Assembly (NCBI GenBank): GCA_964247055.1
Contig: OZ176052.1
Location: 5,208,001 to 5,272,000 of the forward strand
DNA length: 64,000 nucleotides
Source: Paragordius varius
Lineage: Eukaryota; Animalia; Nematomorpha
Reading direction: 5' to 3'
A model generated the notes under the pieces. That model was not told the origin of the DNA. It searched no databases and saw only the letters and a program-made list of their open reading frames with translations. This document shows, one piece after another, positions 37,791 to 49,570 of this stretch. The stretch's first letter is position 1. Every line of letters begins with the position of its first letter. The position numbers and the translations under genes were made by a program.

Positions 37791-38680
37791 ACACTGCGAA
37801 TGCGGTAGATCAAGTGACAACTGATTTTATGGTTTTGGAGCATAAAATAATAATTTATGTGAGGCTTAACTTCCAAGGCTCTGTGGATTAACAAACAGTC
37901 AGCTGTTTTCCAACTGTTCATTCTTAAAAAATACCGCTAAATATATTTGTCCCTTCATTTAATAAAAATCTAAGAATGTTTTATACAACTTAACTGATAT
38001 AATGAAATGCAATTGTAAAAAACTCTCCTACATGTTTTTTATGTTGATAAACTTTAATTCAAAAATGTAAATGCGTTTATTAAGTAAATTAAATTTCCCT
38101 ACAAATCAAAATCTTTATCGCAAAACCGCCGATCAATAGCGTTTATGAAAACATTATTTTTATTATAAATATTATTAAAAATATATAATAACAAATATTT
38201 GGTTAACATTTAACATTCTGAAAATAATATTAATATAATATAAGCGAAATCGTCTGGCTAACTATGAGAAAAATGGTTCGAACTGGATAAGCATCCCAAA
38301 CACTTTAAATGCATGATCAAAGTTTTTATACATTAAGTTAGTTATGGAGAAAAATAATTGTTATTAATTACTATGGAATTTCAATATAAGCGTTTATCTA
38401 ATCAGATAAAGTATGTAAAATGAATGCTTTAAGCAATTTAAGAGACATAATTGCCTACTACCGTTTTAAAAATATTTTTTGTTCATTTCTTGAATCTGAC
38501 TAAAACTTTATTTGGTAAAAAATATTAAAATTTTATTTTTCACATTTATCTAATGTAAAAAAAGTACATTGTATCCCTTGATGCGAAATATTCTTTGAAA
38601 TAAAACACCCAGAGGACACACAAGTAAAATTTATTTTGGTATGTTGTATGACGCATACATAACATATAATACATTTGGAA

Positions 38681-40506
38681 ATGATATTTAAAATCAAGCA
38701 TTTTTCCTCGGTTAATAGTATATGCCTCTTATCAGTTATTCTATTAATTTTATTGATAATTCCGAGAAACAAAGGCAAAGAACAATGTCCCAAAAGTAAA
38801 ATATTTTATAGTTATTTAATATTTTTACGTTAATCATTTTGGGCTATACTTAAATATTTATTTTATTTTCCATATTTTTTTATTATATCCTCGTGAGAGC
38901 GGTCTGTGGCAACCTGCGCTGTAGAACGCTGTCTATGGCATTTTCAGCTTTAACTTTTTGTAAAATAGAAAATAAAATAACGGACTTTTAGACAAAATAT
39001 TTTATAATATATTTAATAAATTTTAGAATACCAGGTTTTTCCCCTATATGACGTTTGCTATTTATTCGCATCTTAATAAATTACCTTTAATTCTATCCAA
39101 AATAATTAGTTCTCCCAAATTGTACCCAATTAACTAAAAATTAACGCACTATGAATTACATAATGTTTTAGCAATATATGTAATTTTACAAATTTAATTT
39201 AATTATCTGGTTTCGTTAACATTGGCCGTTTTTATTAAAAAATAGTGATTTGATACATATATAATCATTCTTAGTGTCCCTGTAAATTTTATTTTTGACT
39301 CTATTAGATTAGTTAAAGACTTTGAATTATAAAAGTAATGGCCTAACATTTAGTTTTAAAAGAATTAAAAAGTGTTAAAAAACTTCTCAAACAGTTTAGT
39401 AATGTTTTAAGATTTGCCATATTTTGGTTATAATTTCAGCGCAAAAAACGTAATATTGGTATTATGATTGAATTACTTATTTTGATGATTTTTATCGCAT
39501 TTGAACTTCATTCATCCCGTTAATTATATCAGATATTTAGCGTTCATGAAAACGAACGGTTTTTGAAAAATACTATACCATATTACTGTATGGCATTTGA
39601 GAAAAGAATTTCTTTAGCAATTTACAATATTGACTAAAAAGTCATATTATTTGTTTTACTTGCTCTAAAGACTCCCTACAACAAAATAAATTCAAAGATA
39701 GTATACGCTTGCGGATAGAAGTGTTAAGTAACTAAAAACCAGGGCTTCGAGGCGGAAAACTTATCTAACCGGAACCTGCGTGGTAAACGGTTGGAACCGG
39801 AATTTAATTTATAACAATTTAAAAATGGAACCGGGGTGTTTCCTAAAATTTTGGAATCTCCAAAATAACCAGTTCCTATTAGATCTCAGGAAGCTGGTTC
39901 CGGTTTGAATCCCTGCTAAAAATAATTAAAGTTTCTTTTTATGAAATAACGTTATAAGTATAAACATAATAATATATAATAGGTGTCTCCAATTTGGAAA
40001 ATCTAAATTGCGCCTGCCGAAACAATCTAATATCTTTGACTAACAAGGGACGCAGTGGTTTAAGTCCCTTTAGCCAAGATGCTAAATACAAGATACAATA
40101 TTTTGATAAGAATGATGTAAAAATTAGCGGTCTCGGAGAAATTGCATCTGAACGCAATGAAGTGGCTTCCAAATTTCGATCAGGACGTACTGGCAATAGT
40201 GGATTCATTGCACTCGTTTTGGGGAGAGACAATCTCAAAATAGACATTAAAAAGCAGCGCTTAGATAATTACAATGAAACAGTTATAACCCTACTACCAC
40301 ACAATGAGGTGGAACTTATTAAGGCTTTGGGTCGATCATGGGAAGATATATGGATTTATACGGATCTAGAATTTCAGTTTAATCTACGCACAGGATTCAA
40401 AGATGTTGAAATCTTTAATATTAGCTGGACAAATGACAGGGAAAGACAGATGAAATTATCCAAAATGTCTGTAACTGGTTTCATAAATCATTTTGATAGG
40501 TATTGA
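38681..40506 (+). CDS. Orphan secreted protein, model exons 38681-38795 + 39983-40506 (212 aa)
   Basis: Exon 1 MIFKIKHFSSVNSICLLSVILLILLIIPRNKGKEQCPK is signal-peptide-like and ends at a phase-1 GT (38796); the AG acceptor at 39982 gives a phase-1 join into the 170-codon ORF 39994-40506, which is clearly richer in GC than the background. No family recognised. Confidence 0.6.
39740..39915. mobile_element. Short hAT-like MITE (176 bp) in the orphan-gene intron
   Basis: TIR CAGGGCTTCGA / TTTGAATCCCTG, repeated GGAACCGG subterminal motifs, 8-bp TSD CTAAAAAC/CTAAAAAT. Confidence 0.75.
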
Positions 40507-40714
40507 CTTTTGTTTGATACATAAATGTTACTTATTAATTTACCTAAAATATTGGTAATATACAAACAATCTTTCTTTCATAAATTACAATCAAAATGAC
40601 AAAATCCATAATCCCAAGTTTTGTGAAAATTACAATTCAATTTTCCATTATTTTTTTGAATTAAATTGTTTTGAGAGTCACAAACCCTTTCCAAGTAATT
40701 TATACTAATATTTA

Positions 40715-41322
40715 CCATTTACACTTCAAGAGTATCCTTGAACACTTCTAGTTGGTCCTTGAATATTTCAAGTTGGTCTTTGAACACTTCAAGTTAAACA
40801 CTTCAAGTGGTCCCTTAACATTTTTCTTTTGTTTTCAACTTTTATCAATAAACCGTGTATCATTCATCTATTTTATCATTTTTAACCTATTTTCTATATA
40901 TAGCATAAACTTTACACTAATTTTTAATTATTTAGAAACCGTAATCTTTATTAATTTTTTAAATTAAATTTGTATATTTAAAAGATTTAAACTGTTTAAG
41001 AAATATTTAAGTTTTTTGAATGATTAATTACAATTACATTTATAAATAAATAATTTAAATTAGAAAAAATCAGTTCAAAACAAAAAAAGTGGTTTTCAGA
41101 TAAAAAATTATATTTTATATGAATAAATATATAATATATAACGAATATTAGGTTAAAAATAATAAAATAAAATATACATGCAAAAATTATAATCAAATCT
41201 AAACTTAAAAATTTTAAGCCAACTTTAAATGTTCAAGGACCAATTTGAATTGTTCAAGAACCAACTTGAAATGTTCAAGGGCTAACTTGAAATGTTTAGG
41301 GACACTCTTGAAGTGCAAATGG
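40715..41322. mobile_element. Foldback-type MITE with 21-bp subterminal repeats, copy 2
   Basis: TA|CCATTTACACTTCAAGAGTATCC ... GACACTCTTGAAGTGCAAATGG|TA; internal sequence homologous to 5458-6083. Confidence 0.85.
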
Positions 41323-44103
41323 TATTATTTCTATATATAAGTACAGGGATTAAAGTGATTATTAAAAATTACGTAACATGAAAATTGAACAAACTAGTAT
41401 TTTGCTATGAAACTCGACCAACACTATGACTGCATAGTGACGGATCTTTATAATAACACTAGACAACAAATTTTTCTGCCACTCGAGTTTTTTGCATTTT
41501 CTAATATTTAGTATCATTTTAACAGTAAATCTGAAATAAAAATTATAACTCGTTGGAAGAATTTTGTATAATTTGATTTTTTTGATTATGCGCCCTCTTT
41601 ATCAAAATTTTATTAAAAAATGTTTTTCTTTGAAAATATACAAGTAATGCCCATTTGTAATATATCATTCGAAAGAGTAATAAAAACTCTATAAAATGCA
41701 TACTAATATGTATTACATCGACACTTAATATTGGACACAAAGAGCGACAAACGCGCGAAGCGAGAGCATTTTTTTTTAATTCTATATTTTTAAAACTAAT
41801 GGATGAAAATAGCTCAAACTTTGTTTAGATGGAGATGAATGTCCAAAAAAGATAAGACAAGCAGCCATTTTTAAGTTTTTTGTTTTTTTAAAAATTACCA
41901 TCTCATCAATATTAATTTATTTTCTTTACAAGGCTGATAATTTCGAAATTTAAAAGATAAAAACAAAGTTTAAGGTTTGATCTTTTATAGCCATTATGCA
42001 ATACATTTACAGTTATAACTATGCATTTTAGTATCCACTAGGTAAAATATTTATGATAATTATAATTTTTATTAAAAAAGCAAACAAAAAGCTTTTTCAA
42101 ACATTTTTATTAAATTAAATACTAATATAAACCTAATAATTATATTAAAATAATTTATATGATTTTCAAATTAGTTTGTCTGTGAAAATTCTTGACTTAT
42201 TTAAGGATTAAAAATTTCTACCATTTATATCCAAATAACTTTTACATCCGATTCATTTAAATGACTTACTACCATTTAAAAGATTCAGTTTTTTGCGCTC
42301 TTTCGAATGATATAAAATACATGGCTTCATATCTAAAACTTTAAATTTTCGAAATTTCGAGTTTAATGTTAAATCGGGGCCAAAAATAATCGATAAACTC
42401 TAATATAAAAAAAATTCTTGCATGCTAGACCAATTTTCTTTTCAGATATACTAATTATGTACTTTAATGAAATAAATATTAAATTTACAAGAATGGCAGT
42501 TAAAAAAAGTTAAAATTTGTTGTCTAGTGTAATGAAAGACAAAATATTTTTTGCCTTTGTCTCCAAGGGTAAAGAATTAACAACTATTGGATCCACAAAC
42601 ACTTTAACATTCACCTGTCCAAGACTGATGGTTATAATTTGTAAAGGAGCTTAAATCTCTATGAGATAGTCACTCGTATGGTATTCCAATGCTTTATCTA
42701 ATATATTGCGTGTACTCAAATAATTATTTTTTAGCTCTCAAATCAACTTCAAAAACAATGAGTTATCTTGCACAAATTTCAATTATTTTGGTGGATGTGG
42801 AAAAAATAATTTGCCCAAAAGCAATCAACCAGGTAAGACTAGACAATATAATATTTTGATAATAATTTTGAACTTAATAGTTTCAACACTAATGAAAAAT
42901 AATATAATTAAGAATTTATTATTGATAAAATTGTGAGAAAAGAGTATTTTGTTCCAACGGTGATCTTTATTAAAACTAATATTCCGATACTTCAGTATTC
43001 CCAAATACTAATAGAACGGGTTATAATGAGTAAATGACGATAATATGATGTCAAAATATAATTAAGTCCGTTTGGATATAAAATACTTTTTGTATCTTAA
43101 TATTTATTTATTGTTTATAAGGTTAACGAAAACTTTAGAATAAGTATTTGGTAGCAAATCAAAATGATGTTTTTTTATTTTGAATTTTATTAAAGTCTGG
43201 TAATTATATATCTGAATGATTACATAATGATTATTTTTAAACGTCTTTTTGTGAAAGCTATTATAAAATAAGATTATGTTAATTTTATATTATTACTAAT
43301 ATATATAACTATAATAAATGAGCATTAAGACACCCCAATATCTTTTGGGTTAATTTTATATCCCAGAGCGAAAATTTAAATATCTTATAAAGCATTTAAG
43401 GTATTAGCCCGAATTTAAAAATATCCTTTTTTAAGCCTTTTAGGCGAATTATACAATTTTTTTAAAAATGTAAAGGTAAAAAAATCCTTATCTCAAGCGA
43501 TTTTTGCCGCCATTTTTTTATATTTTTTAAACTCGCTAATCGGGGAATTTATTGTATATTATGGTTAGAAAGTCAATAATTCACTTAAAAAAGCATTCAG
43601 GCTACATTTTACTAGCAAAAATCTAATATTTTATGATTATAATATCAACTTGTTCGTTTCGACCGTGTGGAAGCTGTCCCAATTTCAGACTCTAAAAGTT
43701 TCAAAACTATAAAAATATAAGCTTTTTTATCTAAATTAGATTTTAAATAAAATAACCAACACTGTGGTTTATTTACAATATTGAGCTCTGGGATATATAA
43801 TTACCCCAATGTGTAAACTAGGACAAAAAGGGAAAAGGTAATGAAGTGTTACTCATGGTAAAATTGTAACCAATTTGTGAATTTTGACAATAAAGGCTAT
43901 TTCTCGTATCATACTAATTTAAATGGTTTATTTATTATTCGAGAGGTTTTGAGCGCTTTTTATGATGGTACAAAATACGTGGCTATATCTTGGGTACTTT
44001 TAATATTGAAATTGGGTTTAATACTTTAATATTAGCCGAATTCGGTGAATGTATTTTATAAGAGGAATATTTTTTGTAAAATATAAAAATTTTAGAACTG
44101 GTA

Positions 44104-47100
44104 ATGAAAATGATGATAAAATATCTTATTTTACTATTTAGTAAGTCCTTTACTGCTAAGAGCCCTAAAAATCAATTCACGTATGAAAATGAATTATAGA
44201 AAAGCTATCAGATTAGTCCATCCAAAGCGATTGTATACTTATCCAGGATCGGAGGAATATTTTAATCCAGAAATTGGAGTAATAATTAATTCTTATAATA
44301 AAAAACCTGAAATATGCTTAAAATCGTTATAGTTACAAAAATAAGGAAATATTTTTTAAACAATTTTTTTATTAATGATCGAAAGATTCGTAATATTGTT
44401 CTAGTAATATAATTAATATGAAAATCACAAATTTTAATACATTAATTTAGCAATGATATTCATTTCTATAAGTTTTCTATGTGATACTGTCCTACAAACT
44501 TCTTGTAAGCATTTAAAACGTCATAATTCAAACAAAATTAAAAAATTAATTTTACTTTTTATATTTTAAATATATTTAGGATAATACTGATATGTCTTAT
44601 CTAATATTATTAAATATTAATTTTATAATAAAAAATGTTTTAATATATATCTTTAATAAAAGAGTGATGTGGAAATGAGTCATAAATTTATACCCTTATT
44701 AGTTCTTTATTTGGTTGGGTCAAATGATGAAACTTAAATTTTTTAAAAAAAATGTACACTGCAAAAAATTGGCGGAAAGGATAATGTTGCGCAAAATTTG
44801 TAAAATTGCATTCTATGGCCTTTTACGCAAATAAAAAATTATAAAAAATAAAAACCCCTACTTTTCAAGATTTTTATATACCATTTACAGTTTAAATTCA
44901 CCCTTGAAAAATTCAAATTCACCCTAAAATAATATGTGTTTTTTAAAGTGAAAAATTATTTATATTTTTTTTATTTTTTAAAAATAGAAATTATAAAATT
45001 AATATAATGTTGAAAAATAGTAAACTATGCCATAAGAATATATTTTGTATTAATGATGAGTTAAATTATCCCAAAAACACATAATTTATTTTTAGGGAAA
45101 ATTTTAAATGTTCTAGGGTTAATTCGAATTAAGGGTGAATTCGAAATATGGTATATTTATTAATATGCTGAATTTATATTACTTTGATCTTATATCTGTT
45201 ATCTTAAACTGGCATTTTCTGAATAATTTTGACTGTGTAAATGTCCATCCTCAACTTTAAACAATAAACTTACTTTTCCGTTAAGCCCAGAAACCAAATC
45301 ATCACGCATATATCTTATTTATTTTTTTAGCCACAAGATTCATATTTCTCTCTAAAAGTAACCAAATACTTGGTATTAGTCAGAATAAAAACTTGTCCCA
45401 CATTTCGACCTGTAAAAATAACAACGCCTTCTGTGTCAATATACCATCCGCCAACGACCCAACAAAGGATTCCTCCGAATTATGGGGCTGCAGGGGGTGT
45501 TTTGCTTAACCCTTTTATTCTGATATCTCCATTTATTGCCAATGTTAATAAACATTTGGTAAAAAACACATCTAAAGTACCGAGAATGCAAGCAACTTCC
45601 TCAATAAAAATTTCACGGACGACAAAACCTTATGTGGGACTCCTTACAACGGCCATTTCTCCATTTACGTTTACAAAAAAATCTATTTCCACTTCCCAAA
45701 CAACGAAATCCACAACTAAAGTTGACAATGTTCGACGAAAATGTCCAAAACCTATAATTGAGGGAAATTTTAAAATATTGGGTGGAAATCAAGCAAATAC
45801 AGGATTCTTTCCATGGCAAGTGTTAATTAGTACTCCTAAACGATTAGTATGTGGTGGATCTTTGATTAAAGAAGATACTGTGCTTACCGCTGCGCACTGT
45901 TTCAAACATATGTAAGATAAGATTGATATAATATATATGTAATTAAATCTAACAAAAATGCACTTAATAACATATCAGTGTCGTACCGAGCGGGACAAGG
46001 TTGTTATTGTAAAGAACACCAAAATAAACTTTTTTACAAAATATATAAAATACTTTTCCATTGAAGATATTTGTAAAAGCTTGTCAAAAAGAGGATACAG
46101 TAGCGTATGATGTAAAAAAATTTGTCCATATTAAATAAATAAAATTAATGTTAGGAAAAAAAATTATTTAATTCTACCATTTGTTGTTTTTTACCATACA
46201 CCATTGTAAACAAGGCAATCGGTACGACATTGCTAATGATTTTACAGAGATAGGGTTTTGTATGAATGATGAATATTACTAGGATAAGGGATTGGTTGTG
46301 TTTTGTAATAACAGTTGTTAAAATCCGTAAGATAACGATAAAGAAAAATTAATTAGAATTAAATGAAAGTATAAGTAGAAAATATAAACGATACGTGAAA
46401 CCCTTCGTCGTTTTTTTGTGCGCAAATTTAGTAAAAATGTCAACAAGCTGAAAATAGAAGCTGGAATTTACCACATAGATAATAAAATGTATGGACAAGT
46501 GCGAAGTGTGAAAAAGCATGTGGTACATGTTAATTATACTTCAGAAGGTAATTAATACGGTAAATTTCTAAAAACATAGCATTATTTGAAATTATTAAGT
46601 TTTAATTTAGGGACACCCTTTTTCTACTAGGACCTCTCGTTCGGGTCATTTTTCCTTCATTTTTACAAAATTGCAAATGATTTACCATTAAACAATTTAA
46701 AAGCAAAAATATTAAATTTTGTATCCAATGCTTAATTAAACATTTCAGTTCTCTTTTTAATGCCATTTTCTTTTACAAGTTTTCTTAAAGTATAGTTTAT
46801 TTGGATATTTTAAGCATTCATTAATGTGAATACCCTTGAATACTACTTAAAGATATTTATAAAATATATCTGCATAAAAAATTTACTTATCGCGGTATAC
46901 ATAAAAAAATGATAAAATACACTTACTTTTCGTTCTATTTGTCATTACAATTCCATCAAATATTAGACATTAATCCTCTGTTACCTATTGAAGAATTTCG
47001 GTTTAAGTCGAAATATTATTTTTAACCCTGATTGTATTATTTATAGAAGACATATTCCTAAACGATATTGCACTAATAAAGTTGAATGAATCCTTCGTTT

Positions 47101-47864
47101 TAAACGAAAACGTGAGTGTTGTGTGTTTGACGGAGCTTAGTTTAAAACTTATGGACAAACAATGTTATGTATCAGGATTCGGAGATACTTTATGTATATT
47201 TTAACCGCTTATTTTTCATTTTACAATTTTTAAGTTGTCACAAATGTCGCAGGATATTAATTGTAAAATAATTATATTGTTTACCGAAAAATTAAAATTT
47301 TTTTTGACAAAATTTTTAGATCAAAGTACTCAAGGATATTTAAATTATGCCCAAATAAATCTTTATTCCAATAATATTTGTAATTCCACAAAATATTTGA
47401 ACGGAACTATAACGTCTAAGATGTTTTGTGCCGGAGTTGATGATGGGAATAAGGATTCTTGCCAAGTTTATTTCACTATATAACTATAAACCATTTTTGC
47501 CAAATTATTTTTTCCAAAAAATTATAAAAAATATCATACCCAATAATCTATTACGCATGTAGATTCCAACATAAAAAAATCTTACTAAACGAAACTTACG
47601 AGTTTTGATTATGCAATTTTTATAGATTAAAAAAATTTCCTATCCTATTTTGAAATAATTAATTAATTATTTATTTTGTAGGGAGATAGCGGAAGTGCTT
47701 TGGTTTGTCGGGAAAATAAGCCATCAGGGGCTAACTGGGTTCAAACTGGTATAGTGAGTTGGGGTGAAAACTGTGGTCATCCCTTTAAGCCCGGAGTTTA
47801 CACCAATGTGTACAAATACAAAGGGTGGATTGCTAAAAAAATGGCAGAATTATCACAGTTGTAA
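44104..47864 (+). CDS. Trypsin-type S1 serine protease with a Thr/Ser/Pro-rich N-terminal stalk; confident exons 45331-45911, 46432-46547, ~47047-47192, ~47320-47465, 47681-47864; putative 5' exons 44104-44180 and 44200-44278
   Basis: Activation site K|ILGG, FFPWQV, CGGSLI, LTAAHC (His), NDIALIKL (Asp), DSCQGDSG (S1 Asp and catalytic Ser), GIVSWG, PGVYT. The 5' exons and start are inferred only. Confidence 0.9.
44881..45151. mobile_element. TA-flanked MITE with CCATTTAC-type end (partial second copy from 62026)
   Basis: TA|CCATTTACAG..AATTCACCCTT mirrored by AAGGGTGAATTCGAAATATGG|TA; homologous left half at ~62026-62190. Confidence 0.65.
45976..46232. mobile_element. Small TIR element in a protease intron containing a nested CAGTAGCGTATG MITE (46098-46206)
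   Basis: TIR CAGTGTCGTACCGA / TCGGTACGACATTG; no clear TSD. Confidence 0.55.
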
Positions 47865-49092
47865 TTAGTTTTACCATGCATATAACGTTTTTATAAAATT
47901 GATAATTATTCTTATTATATCTTTTTTATGAATCAATAAAGTATGCTGCCATACTTCTTCAGGAAGATATTATCCAAATTTATATCGGGGTAGAATGCGT
48001 ACGAAATAATTTAAGCCATACTAAATTATTTCAATAAAATTTAAAATTGGAGTCTAGAAGCTTAAATAATTTTTGCAATTTTAAATATGTTCCTCAATGT
48101 TCATACTAACTAAGAATGGTTTTAATATTATAAATAATCCTACCATATCAAATAAATCTCATAAAACCTCGCCAAGCGGTCTTAATTTTTTACATTGGAA
48201 ATAAAATATTTTAGATTTTACTCCAAATTTTAACCGCTTCTGTAAAACAATTAAAACCTTAACCTAATATTTAGATACTTTATGACCTATTTTGACCTTG
48301 AGATTTCGTTTGTTGTTACAATCGTAAAACTGTTTTAAATAAAGTTTATGATGGGTTTTGAAAATTAGATTAGGTAAGCGCCAAAAAATCTAACTGAAAT
48401 GCGCAAAATAGCTATATTAATAAAAACTCGAAAAATTATAGCGCTAAATCTTATGCCCTTTATAAAACACTAGTTCCAAATCAATTTTTACTTTTGAATT
48501 GCCGAAGATAAGAAAACGTTTAAATTGTATATGTACTTTTACTTATAAAATTCTGTAAGAGTAAGGCGTATCATGCACATACATACGAATAATAGTAATT
48601 CCTTGAATTTTACCTGCCACCAAAACTATAACTTAAAAATTAAACCCGGTTAAATCAAATGTAGGATTTATGATTGCATCTGTAATACGAGGTTAATAAA
48701 TGGCATAGTTTGTAATTCTTTTAATAAAAAAATTTGAAAGAATTTTTATACAAATTTTATACAAAAGGAAACAATATAACACTATTTTTGAGTTACAACA
48801 AATAATATAAAAAAATAATCAGCGTATGGATAAAAAATTATTATAAACCAATATTTCAAATTAAATTTATTAATTTCATAATTTTCATAACTATACTGAT
48901 TAAAAATTAATATTCAAATGCCTGCGATTCAATATACATATATAATTTATGTACAATATTTTTTGAAAGGGTACAAATAATCAGCCAACACTTGTAGCTT
49001 AAACAATTTCATTGTGATTCATAATCAAGACAAATATATTTGATAACGAGAAGAAGAGATAAGGAGCATATATCATAATCAAAATACAGTTA

Positions 49093-49269
49093 TGCATTCT
49101 GATGGTTGCTTATTTCACACTATAGATATTAGGGCAATTTGCAACACAGAAGTGTATGGAAAAAAAGAAAGGAAATAATTGTTTATTCAACATTTCGTTG
49201 TTTTTTCCATATACCACTGTGTTGCAAATTGCCCCACTATAAGGTGAAATAAGCAACCATTAAAATGCA
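49093..49269. repeat. 177-bp foldback palindrome (~75-bp arms), TA-flanked; probable MITE
   Basis: TGCATTCTGATGGTTGCTTATTTCAC..GGGCAATTTGCAACACAG..TATGGAAAAAA mirrored by TTTTTTCCATATACCACTGTGTTGCAAATTGCCCC..GTGAAATAAGCAACCATTAAAATGCA. Confidence 0.85.
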
Positions 49270-49570
49270 TATTATATATAATATATATAAAGGAGATAAA
49301 TCTTAAAATGTATATACATATGAAAAGTGTTTCTGGCACAGGTATCGATTTCTGTCAAACAATATTTATTTACAAAATATGGCAATTTTGAGAAAATGAT
49401 TAATTTACAAGATAATATATTTAAATCAAAACTTCCAATGACATGAGAAGGGTAAATTATATATATAATAAAGGTTTAATGAAAATGGTGGTCGTAATTT
49501 TATTCCATATACGATTCGTATACTTTGTGTTATATCCTTAAACCGGCCTAAAATCCTCATTTGATATAAA

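Noticed and set aside
38533-38793. 86-aa Cys-rich minus-strand ORF resembling a piggyBac cysteine-rich tail
   Set aside because: Cys spacing does not fit, and the opposite strand encodes a signal-peptide exon that splices in phase to the 39983 exon.
39939-40247. Antisense ORF over the orphan exon (also 19756-20028, 21936-22238, 45613-45819, 50528-50722, 51087-51614, 56130-56333, 62629-63003)
   Set aside because: Shadow frames opposite well-supported coding exons.
41735-41770. GC-rich CGCGCGAAGCGAGAGC motif suggestive of a Helentron/DINE-like end
   Set aside because: No partner subterminal repeat or second copy could be identified in the window.
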